From Bdellovibrionota bacterium (lineage in GTDB: Bacteria > Bdellovibrionota > UBA1018 > UBA923): DNA of 13,659 bases. The notes beneath the pieces are model-generated. The model was not told the origin of the DNA, ran no database searches, and worked only from the letters and a program-made list of their open reading frames with translations. How positions within the stretch are numbered: position 1 is the stretch's first letter; each line of letters begins with the position of its first letter. Below are positions 6,517 through 13,659 of this stretch, in pieces. The stretch lies in the NCBI GenBank assembly GCA_040754655.1, contig JBFMCE010000099.1:1-13659 (forward strand). Reading direction: 5' to 3'. Made by a program: the position numbers and the translations under genes.

Positions 6517-8007
6517 CTAATTGCTTCGTCCTCGCGTCATGCTGGTGAATATCCCGAACGAGCAGATCACGGCCAAGGTGAGAAAAGTGTATCGCATCGC
6601 CGTGATGAAGTTCTGGGCGGGCGAACTTAAGGGGCCATTGAATGAGGCTTGTTCAACGTAAAAGCGCATCAGCAATGTCGTGCTCAAAGCCGCTCCGGTA
6701 ACCAGGCCAAAATTGCGAACGGTCGCTAGAAGTGCTGAGGCGACCCCCAAGTGCGTTCGTGCCACTGCCCCCATGATCGCATTATTGTTTGGTGATTGGA
6801 ATAACCCGATTCCTGCTCCACACGCGACGAGATAGAGAACGAGCACTGAGGTGTTTTTGGTCACCAATCCTTGCCAAGGCAAAGACAGAGCGCCTAAGGT
6901 CAAACAAAGCAAAGTCATTCCGACGGTGCTTAAGACCCTTGATCCGTACTTGTCAGAAAGCCTGCCTGCGATAGGAGCCACGAAAAAGATGGTGAGCGGA
7001 ATCGCGGTCATCATGAGGCCTACTTGATGGGGCGGGTAGTCACGCACGTTTTGAAGGTAAAATGGCATCAGAAGAGTAAGGCTGCTGATCGCAACGAAAT
7101 TAAACAAGCTGCTGATGTTTGCAGCGAGAAAAAGCCGCGATTTAAAGAGCGTGAGGTCAAGAACCGGGTCTTTGATGCTCCATTCCCAGATGAGAAACAA
7201 AGCGAGAAGCCCTAACGCTCCGAACATGATGATCTTCTGCAAAGGGCCCGCAAGGCCAAGCACATTTTCGCGGTCGATGGCGAGGCTGTAACCAAATTGA
7301 ATGAACATCCAAAGGATAGCGCCTAACCAATCAAAATAACGCAGCTTGCTAATTGAAACCTGTAAACGCACCAAAAAAGGAAGCTTGCGCTCACGCTCTA
7401 AGATCGCAGTTTCGCTCGGGGTGGCCGTCATTGCGAGCAGTGAGGGAACATACCTTGTCACCAAGAAAGAACCCAAGAGCCCAAACGGGATGTTGACGAA
7501 AAAGATGCTGGGCCACGAAAAAAACCTGACAAGCAATCCTCCAAGCGTCGGGCCCAAGGCAAGTCCTGCTGAGACGACCATGGCAAGAGTGCCCAAAGCT
7601 TTTCCTCGTTCATTTGTCGGGAAAGCCGCTGTGATGATCGCGGGTCCATTCGCCATCAGCATTGCTGCTCCAAATCCCTGCAGGCCTCGAAAGAGAATCA
7701 ATTGATCGATTGTTGACGCGATCCCGCACAAGAAGCTACCCAAGGTGAAGGTGAGGTAGCCCATGTTAAAGACAATTTTCCGACCTATCACATCCGCTAA
7801 TCTGCCGAAAAACAAGAGTAGGCCTGTAATACTGAAGAGATACGCGATGACGACCCATCGTGAATAAGACAAGCCGGTTCGGAAAGACGCCGTAATGCTG
7901 GGCAGCGCGACGTTGACGATGCTTGAGTCGAGCGTGGCCATGAAGGTTCCGCAAGCTACAGCTCCTAAGATGGCCCACTTTTGTTGTATTCCAGATTCGC
8001 GTTGCAC
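6517..8007 (-). CDS. MFS transporter, DHA2 (EmrB/QacA-like) 14-TMS family
   Basis: FMATLDSSIVNVALP (motif D1), GRLADVIGRK (motif A), LFRGLQGFGAA, GPTLGG (motif C), WPSIFFVNIPFG, FDWLG, GRLSDKYGSR, FQSPNN. Start uncertain: GTG 8007 preferred, TTG 8043 possible; 8100 overlaps the transketolase gene. Confidence 0.92.
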   Translation of the reverse strand: MQRESGIQQKWAILGAVACGTFMATLDSSIVNVALPSITASFRTGLSYSRWVVIAYLFSITGLLLFFGRLADVIGRKIVFNMGYLTFTLGSFLCGIASTIDQLILFRGLQGFGAAMLMANGPAIITAAFPTNERGKALGTLAMVVSAGLALGPTLGGLLVRFFSWPSIFFVNIPFGLLGSFLVTRYVPSLLAMTATPSETAILERERKLPFLVRLQVSISKLRYFDWLGAILWMFIQFGYSLAIDRENVLGLAGPLQKIIMFGALGLLALFLIWEWSIKDPVLDLTLFKSRLFLAANISSLFNFVAISSLTLLMPFYLQNVRDYPPHQVGLMMTAIPLTIFFVAPIAGRLSDKYGSRVLSTVGMTLLCLTLGALSLPWQGLVTKNTSVLVLYLVACGAGIGLFQSPNNNAIMGAVARTHLGVASALLATVRNFGLVTGAALSTTLLMRFYVEQASFNGPLSSPAQNFITAMRYTFLTLAVICSFGIFTSMTRGRSN

Positions 8008-8082
8008 TCTTTCACTTTCAGATTCAGACCCAGTGTTTGTCAACTTCGAAGGGAGTATGTTACAGCACCTTAAGGAAACATT

Positions 8083-8916
8083 ATGCCTCAAATCGACCAA
8101 TTACGTCTGCAAGCACAAAAACTTCGAGCATCTATTCTAGAAATGTTAACCGAGGCCCGCTCTGGCCACCCAGGAGGAAGCCTTTCCTGTGTGGAAATCG
8201 TTACGGCTCTGTATTTCTCAGAATTGCATCATGATCCGAAACGCCCTGACATGCCCGATCGCGATCGTTTCGTGATTTCAAAGGGCCATGGGGTTCCAAC
8301 AGTCTACGCAGCAATGGCCCACACGGGTTATTTTCCTCTCGAAGAATTGATGACGCTAAGGAAGACGGGCGCAAGACTGCAGGGTCATCCTGATCGCGCA
8401 AGACTTCCGGGAATCGAAGCTTCGACGGGTAGCCTCGGACAAGGGCTCTCTGTCGCGCAGGGAATGGCACTGGCTGCGCGCATTTCGCCAAAACCGTGGC
8501 ACACCTATTGTTTACTTGGCGATGGAGAAATTCAAGAAGGACAAGTTTGGGAGACGGCGATGAGCGCCCCGAACTTTGGCCTGGGCGGGCTTACCGCGAT
8601 TCTCGACTACAATCGCGGCCAAATCGACGGACCTGTGAAAGACGTGATGGATATCGAGCCCATCGCAGACAAGTGGCGCGCATTCAACTGGGATGTCGTC
8701 GTGGTGGATGGCCACAAGTTTGAAGAGTTGCTGCCCGCTTTGAAAGAAGCGAGAAAAGCCGACATCCGCAATGGACGGCCTCGAATGATCATTGCGAATA
8801 CGGTCAAAGGCAAGGGAGTTTCATTCATGGAAGACAAGATCGAATGGCACGGCGTTGCCCCCACTCGGGAACAACTGCAGAAAGCCCTGGAAGAAGTGCG
8901 AGGACGATTGGTATGA
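8083..8916 (+). CDS. tkt: Transketolase, N-terminal (thiamine-diphosphate-binding) subunit
   Basis: SGHPGGSLS, DRDRFVISKGH, LQGHP, STGSLGQGLS, GDGEIQEGQVWE...DYN (TPP motif), TVKGKGVSFME, WHG. SD AAGGA at 8072-8076. Confidence 0.95.
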   Translation: MPQIDQLRLQAQKLRASILEMLTEARSGHPGGSLSCVEIVTALYFSELHHDPKRPDMPDRDRFVISKGHGVPTVYAAMAHTGYFPLEELMTLRKTGARLQGHPDRARLPGIEASTGSLGQGLSVAQGMALAARISPKPWHTYCLLGDGEIQEGQVWETAMSAPNFGLGGLTAILDYNRGQIDGPVKDVMDIEPIADKWRAFNWDVVVVDGHKFEELLPALKEARKADIRNGRPRMIIANTVKGKGVSFMEDKIEWHGVAPTREQLQKALEEVRGRLV

Positions 8917-9872
8917 CGACTACACCACAGAAGCCAAAAGCGACACGCCAAGCATTTGGAGAAGCCTTGGCCGAAATGGGCGCTTCTCATCCGAAGATAG
9001 TCGTATGTGACGCTGACCTTTCGAAATCGACGAAATCTGAGATGTTCTCAAAGAAATTTCCAGAGAGGTTTTTCCAGATCGGCATCGCTGAGGCGAATAT
9101 GATTGGAACGGGGGCTGGGCTTGCTTTGAGCGGCTTTGTTCCTTTTATCTGCAGCTTTGGTTGCTTCGTCACTGGTAGGTATGACCAAATCCGGATGTCG
9201 GTTGCTTACGCGAGAGCGAATGTGCGCATCGTAGGAACACATTCCGGCATCGGGATCGGTGATGATGGACACAGCCAGATGGGGCTTGAAGATTTGTCTC
9301 TCATGCGCGGTTTGCCGACGATGGTGGTCTTGCAACCTTGTGATGAGATCGAAACGCGCCAGATGGTGCAATTGCTGTCATCAGAAACGGCGCTGCAGCA
9401 GCCGGCCTACTTGCGTTTGACGCGTCAAGCATTGGCACCGATGCATGACTCTAATTACAAGTGGCAACTTGGAAAATTAGACGTCTTAAGACGCGGTTCA
9501 AAAGTAGCCCTTTTGGGTACAGGCGCGGGCACCCAAGAATGTATGCGAGCAAGTGAGATACTCAAGGCCAAGGGATTGAATGCTTCAGTAGTGAACGCGC
9601 ACACCTTGAAGCCTTTTGATGCTCAAGGCGTGCGCGCGCTCGCTAAAGAACACCAATATTTGTTTACTGTGGAAGACCATTACACCACCGGCGGACTTGG
9701 TTCTGCAGTTGCGGAAGCGCTTGCGGATCAGGGGCTCACTTCTCAAGTGCGGCTTGTGCGTTTGGGCGTTCAAGACGCTTTCGGAGAGTCTGGTGAGCCT
9801 GTTGAGCTTTACGAAAAGTTTGGCCTCGGTGCCGAAAAAGTGGCTGACTCTGTTCTCAAAGAGGTTCGTTAA
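8913..9872 (+). CDS. tkt: Transketolase, C-terminal subunit
   Basis: ATGA overlap with the upstream stop and SD GAGGA at 8900-8904. Motifs ATRQAFG, DADLSKST, GIAEANM, YDQIR, YLRLTR, TLKPFD, TVEDH...GGLGSAVAE, FGESG. Confidence 0.95.
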   Translation: MTTTPQKPKATRQAFGEALAEMGASHPKIVVCDADLSKSTKSEMFSKKFPERFFQIGIAEANMIGTGAGLALSGFVPFICSFGCFVTGRYDQIRMSVAYARANVRIVGTHSGIGIGDDGHSQMGLEDLSLMRGLPTMVVLQPCDEIETRQMVQLLSSETALQQPAYLRLTRQALAPMHDSNYKWQLGKLDVLRRGSKVALLGTGAGTQECMRASEILKAKGLNASVVNAHTLKPFDAQGVRALAKEHQYLFTVEDHYTTGGLGSAVAEALADQGLTSQVRLVRLGVQDAFGESGEPVELYEKFGLGAEKVADSVLKEVR

Positions 9873-9902
9873 AAGGCCGCGCGCACGCCTTGAAGCGCTT
9901 CA

Positions 9903-9956
9903 TGACTCTACCTTCCTTGCATCTCTTAAAGAGAGGAATAGGGTCAACTTGGAGGG
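9903..9956 (+). promoter_or_regulatory. Long imperfect hairpin containing an anti-SD segment just upstream of an RBS
   Basis: TGACTCTA (9903-9910) pairs with TAGGGTCA (9939-9946), TTCC with GGAA, TCTCT with AGAGA. SD GGAGGG is at 9951-9956. Confidence 0.35.
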
Positions 9957-9964
9957 CTCGCGAA

Positions 9965-10450
9965 ATGAAAATAAAAAGAAAAATTGCTCTCGGCTTGATT
10001 CTCACCGGTTCCGCATTCGCCCAAGGCCTTACACCTGGCGCCAACGGATCGAATGATGCCGGAGCGGATTTGCAGTCGAACGTAGGTTCGGCAGTCACGA
10101 ATCCCAGCACATCTCAGGGGCCGACTTCCCGGGGATCGGAACCCCTGGTTGAACGCCCATCGACGTCGACCATGACAGATGAAGAACGCGTCAGGAGAGG
10201 AGTCGCCGGAGAGCAGCCAAGGCTTCCGAACTCAGATCTCAATAATATTCCTTTAGAAGATCGGGATCGGTTCGAGTTCGAGCAACGCGCCGGCAGGCTT
10301 CCGGGCTCGACGACGAGAGATCCTGGTTCGACGTCGGATCAAGACACTCGTGGCGCGCCCCGTGTTCGCGGCACGCCGAATACTTTTGAGACCGATCTCA
10401 ATGCGGATGGCGATCAATTTGACAGGGGCGTCGACCAAGACCTTGAGTAA
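9965..10450 (+). CDS. Secreted, low-complexity/disordered hypothetical protein
   Basis: SD GGAGGG at 9951-9956, ATG 9965, signal peptide MKIKRKIALGLILTGSAFA|Q. The mature part is rich in D/E/R/G/P/S/T with no Cys. Confidence 0.8.
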   Translation: MKIKRKIALGLILTGSAFAQGLTPGANGSNDAGADLQSNVGSAVTNPSTSQGPTSRGSEPLVERPSTSTMTDEERVRRGVAGEQPRLPNSDLNNIPLEDRDRFEFEQRAGRLPGSTTRDPGSTSDQDTRGAPRVRGTPNTFETDLNADGDQFDRGVDQDLE

Positions 10451-11859
10451 AGCACGAGCGCGCTTTGGCCTGCGGTTTGGATGAGCGTTGAGTGTTGACA
10501 CCAACGTTCGTTGCAAGCCTTCCATTTCTCAAGACCGGTGATGACCCAAGCTTGAGCGGGCAGTTGTTTGCTCCAATTCCCGATTTCAACGGGGTTTACC
10601 TTGAGCACCGAACGTTCAAAGTACCACTCACCGCTTGTTCCAATTTGATTGTGATCGCCCGGGTGGTCGACAAACCAAACCGGTCCTAAGATCTCGGAGC
10701 GTCTTATCGTTTCTTTGAATGCCATGACCTCGGGCACTCGCTCGCGGTAGAGTTTCAATGGGAAGGTCGACCCGATGAATATCCAGACCACCGAGAGATA
10801 AAGCAGGGTTTTGGGTACCAACGGATGCTCAAGCCAATTCCAAATGCGCTTGTGAAGCGCCGCGGCTATTGCGAGCGCGAACGCCGGATAGGCTGGGGCG
10901 ATGTAGTACCAGAACTTCCACTTCACCAATGAAAAACCGCCCAAGAATCCTAGCCCAAAAACGGCAAATACCAAGGCCAGGCGGTTTTTCAAGCTCTGAA
11001 CGAGTGCCCAAACCAGCAAAGGCAACCACGGCCAATAATACTTCAGCAGGATATCGAAGAAGAAGAAAGGTTCTAGTGTCTGAGCACCAGCTCTGCCGGT
11101 GAGCGCGCTGCCAAGCACCTGGTCGAAAAGATATTGCTGCCAGAAGCGCCACTGATCGCTCTTCTCCACCCAAAAGGCCCAAGCCCCAACGCAAATCAAG
11201 AGGCTTGAAACATAGACGCATAAAGACTGGATGCGAGCCCTAAGAGTCAGTGAGTTTTCAGCGTTGGGCAAGGCAAGGAGAAAAGCAAAAAACAGCAGCG
11301 GCCACAAAACTACCGGGCCTTTAGAGAAAAGCGCAAGAAAAGTGCAGAGCCCCGCTAAGGTTGAAAAGAGCAAAGACCGGCGTTTGCGTTGGAGAATGAT
11401 GAAGAGAAAAGCGGAATAGATGAAAAACTCAAGCACAGGCTCGATGTAACCGCGTACAGAACTCAAAACAAAGTCGCGCGTAGAACACAGAATGAAGGCA
11501 GCCAATAAAGCTGTTCCTCGGCCAAGACCTGATTTCAGCCCGATGAGCGCGGTCACCAAAACGGTCAGAAGAGCGAAGAGCCTAGGAACAAGATTAAAAG
11601 CAAAATCATTGACTCCAAAAATCTTATAGCTCAGCGCAGTGACCCAGACGTACAGCGGTGGATGATCAAGAAGCGGGGCACCTTCGTAGATCGCGGGGAA
11701 GAGCTGACCTGTTTGAAGAAGATTTCGCGCCATGACTGCGCGTACTGCTCCATCGATCGTAGGCACAGGAGTGTGATGCAGCCCAACAAAGAAAAGGGCC
11801 CACGCGAGAAATACGATGCTGATGATATGCCAATTGACACCTCTTGAGGGGTGAGACAT
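10414..11859 (-). CDS. ArnT/PMT-like (GT-C fold) membrane glycosyltransferase
   Basis: TM1 followed by IDGAVRAVMARNLLQTG...YEGAPLLDHPPLYVWVTALSYKIFGVNDFA. Also SKGP, YWPWLPLL, KFWYYIAPAYPAFAL and many TM segments. ATG 11859 preferred (11871 possible); 11919 overlaps the divergent gene. Confidence 0.85.
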   Translation of the reverse strand: MSHPSRGVNWHIISIVFLAWALFFVGLHHTPVPTIDGAVRAVMARNLLQTGQLFPAIYEGAPLLDHPPLYVWVTALSYKIFGVNDFAFNLVPRLFALLTVLVTALIGLKSGLGRGTALLAAFILCSTRDFVLSSVRGYIEPVLEFFIYSAFLFIILQRKRRSLLFSTLAGLCTFLALFSKGPVVLWPLLFFAFLLALPNAENSLTLRARIQSLCVYVSSLLICVGAWAFWVEKSDQWRFWQQYLFDQVLGSALTGRAGAQTLEPFFFFDILLKYYWPWLPLLVWALVQSLKNRLALVFAVFGLGFLGGFSLVKWKFWYYIAPAYPAFALAIAAALHKRIWNWLEHPLVPKTLLYLSVVWIFIGSTFPLKLYRERVPEVMAFKETIRRSEILGPVWFVDHPGDHNQIGTSGEWYFERSVLKVNPVEIGNWSKQLPAQAWVITGLEKWKACNERWCQHSTLIQTAGQSALVLYSRSWSTPLSN

Positions 11860-11866
11860 ACCAAAA

Positions 11867-11895
11867 AACATACCTATGAGAGCAGCAGTCATCAA
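11867..11895 (-). promoter_or_regulatory. Candidate sigma70 promoter for the glycosyltransferase, lying mostly inside the MDR gene
   Basis: Minus strand: TTGATG (11895-11890), 17 nt, TATGTT (11872-11867), 7 nt, ATG 11859. No SD. Confidence 0.45.
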
Positions 11896-12904
11896 GCAAC
11901 ACGGAACCCCAGAGAGCATTATTTTCGAAGATCGTCCGATTCCAGCGCCAGCTGAGACCCAATATCTCGTTAAAGTGCGTGCTTGTGGTTTGAATCACCT
12001 CGATGCGTGGGTGCGACGTGGGGTGCCGGGCCATAAGTTTCCGCTTCCCCTTGTTCCGGGAAGCGACATCACGGGAGTCGTCGAAAAGACAGGGCTTGCC
12101 GCGAAGAAATTTAAAGCTGGTGACAAAGTCATCATCAACCCGGGCTTGAGTTGCGGGCATTGCGTTCATTGTTTTTCAGGCGCTGATCAGTTGTGCGCTC
12201 AGTGGGGTCTTTTGGGCGAGACGACCGATGGCGGTTGCCGAGAGTATATCGCTGTTGAAGAGCGTCAAGTGCATGCATTGCCGCCGCAGATTTCTTTTGA
12301 ACAGGGAGCCTGCATTCCGATCGCTTACGTCACGGCTTGGCAAATGCTTGTGGGCAAGGCCAGGGTGTGGCCCGGTGAGAGCATTCTTGTGCATGCCGCT
12401 GGAAGCGGGGTGAGTGTCGCCTGTATTCAGATCGCAAGGCTCTTTGGGATGCAAATCTTCGTGACCTCGACCTCTGAGGAAAAACTTCAGCGGGCAAAAC
12501 TCTTGGGAGCGCACAAGTTCATCAACACCTCTAAAGATTCTTTCCGCGAGCTTGTGAAAAACCACACGGCAAAACAAGGCGTCGACGTCGTTGTCGACCA
12601 TATCGGCGAACCCACGTTCGCCGATAGCATTCGATGCTTGAAGCGCGGCGGAAGGCTTGTGAGTTGCGGGGCCACGGCGGGGGCCGAACTCAAGATTGAT
12701 TGGAAGCATGTCTTCTTTAAGAACATCTCGCTGCTGGGAAGCACTTACGGTTCTCGCGGGGATTTTTGTGAAGTGCTCAAGCATTTTGAGCAAGGAAAAC
12801 TGGGTGCCGTACTCGATTCCACCTTGAAGCTTGAAGAACTTCCTAAAGCCCACCAGGCGTTAGAAGCGCGGCGAGTTTTCGGGAAGATTGTGGTTACTTG
12901 TTAA
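11876..12904 (+). CDS. Zinc-binding MDR-family alcohol dehydrogenase/quinone oxidoreductase-like protein
   Basis: GLNHLD, PLVPGSDITG, structural Zn motif CGHCVHCFSGADQLC, TAWQML, AAGSGVS nucleotide-binding loop, GGRLVSCGATAG, FGKIVV. Confidence 0.92.
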   Translation: MRAAVIKQHGTPESIIFEDRPIPAPAETQYLVKVRACGLNHLDAWVRRGVPGHKFPLPLVPGSDITGVVEKTGLAAKKFKAGDKVIINPGLSCGHCVHCFSGADQLCAQWGLLGETTDGGCREYIAVEERQVHALPPQISFEQGACIPIAYVTAWQMLVGKARVWPGESILVHAAGSGVSVACIQIARLFGMQIFVTSTSEEKLQRAKLLGAHKFINTSKDSFRELVKNHTAKQGVDVVVDHIGEPTFADSIRCLKRGGRLVSCGATAGAELKIDWKHVFFKNISLLGSTYGSRGDFCEVLKHFEQGKLGAVLDSTLKLEELPKAHQALEARRVFGKIVVTC

Positions 12905-13657
12905 TTTTTCGAACTCTTTCGGTGCATAAATCTGCAATTCGCCTAAAAGCAGGTAAGTTGGGTTGAAGACGCCTGCCTCGCCAATAGTCGCTTCGAAGTT
13001 CAAGAATTCGCCATAGACAGTGTCGAGAAAGAAGTACTCGCTATGCAGTTTGTACAGATCTGCGGCTGGCTTCCATTGTCTTAGCCCATTCATCACCGCT
13101 GAGATGCCTCGTTGGAATTTCCGTTCTTCCTGGCTAAGTGCGGCTGTTTTCCCTTCGACGATTTTTTTCATTGTTTGCAAAAAATCTTGGTGAATCCGTC
13201 CGAGGTAGCCTAGCGCAGACTCATGGCTGCGCGGGGGGGTTCTTTTGACGATGAGCCCTAGTAGATCAGAATTGCCACGAGGTCCTGAGAAGTGATCGTA
13301 AAAACTTTTCAATAAGGCTTCCCTATACTGTACTGCTTCAGAGCTCATTTCCAAAGGTGTGAAAAAACGGAGCTCAAAGCGCCCCTCGGGGTTCACCCAA
13401 TAGTCGGCTTCAGTTGGAGCGCGAAAAAGCCGCGAATAGTTTTTGTGAAGGCCACTCTTCCAAAAATCCGTCAAATGACCCCATAAAGTATTTGATAGGG
13501 AATCAGGACCTCCTTGCGTACCGATGACCTTCTTCATCGCGACCAAAGCATGCTCGCAGGCCTCTTTGGGTGGAGAGTTAAATTCGCCTGCTAGAGCTGT
13601 TGTCGTATTGAGCGACGATCCGATTGCCAAGGTGGTTAATAAAAATAATTTAAATAG
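12860..13657 (-). CDS. Secreted hypothetical protein (start lies beyond the window edge)
   Basis: The frame is open to the window end: ...LFKLFLLTTLAIGSSLNTTTALA|GEF, a signal peptide with an AxA site. The mature region looks helical; I recognise no family. Confidence 0.7.
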   Translation of the reverse strand, partial: LFKLFLLTTLAIGSSLNTTTALAGEFNSPPKEACEHALVAMKKVIGTQGGPDSLSNTLWGHLTDFWKSGLHKNYSRLFRAPTEADYWVNPEGRFELRFFTPLEMSSEAVQYREALLKSFYDHFSGPRGNSDLLGLIVKRTPPRSHESALGYLGRIHQDFLQTMKKIVEGKTAALSQEERKFQRGISAVMNGLRQWKPAADLYKLHSEYFFLDTVYGEFLNFEATIGEAGVFNPTYLLLGELQIYAPKEFEKLTSNHNLPENSPRF

Positions 13658-13659
13658 CT

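Noticed and set aside
8083..9872. Split transketolase as a frameshifted pseudogene, or as DXS
   Set aside because: Two-gene transketolases are common; the ATGA overlap with its own SD and the motifs fit that type.
12176..12853. 225 aa minus-strand ORF, and similarly 1995-2540 and 11666-12169
   Set aside because: Antisense shadows or overlaps of well-supported genes, with no recognisable protein features.
1..13659. Alternative genetic code (TGA = Trp/Gly)
   Set aside because: TGA terminates the SDR (2966), transketolase N subunit (8916) and glycosyltransferase (10414) at expected lengths.

Overview
Gene-dense bacterial chromosomal window, about 50% GC by eye, standard code 11 (TGA ends several intact genes). 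The protein style suggests Bdellovibrionota/Oligoflexia, but this is inference only. In order: 3' part of queG; a Cys-rich lipoprotein; an HpnA-like extended SDR; a lower-GC block (~2970-5340) carrying a signal-peptide-bearing minimal protein-kinase-fold gene and a divergent secreted-protein gene broken by an in-frame TGA and a frameshift; an MFS (DHA2) gene abutting in frame a DipZ-like redoxin that lacks the first Cys of CxxC; a split transketolase; a disordered secreted protein; an ArnT/PMT-like glycosyltransferase; a zinc-binding MDR oxidoreductase; and a 5'-truncated secreted hypothetical gene. I saw no RNA genes, CRISPR arrays, integrases or transposases. Best leads: (1) the exported kinase as a candidate effector, sharing a post-signal 'CExxL' motif with an unrelated secreted protein; (2) the in-frame MFS-TAG-redoxin pair; (3) repeated promoter geometry suggesting leaderless mRNAs.
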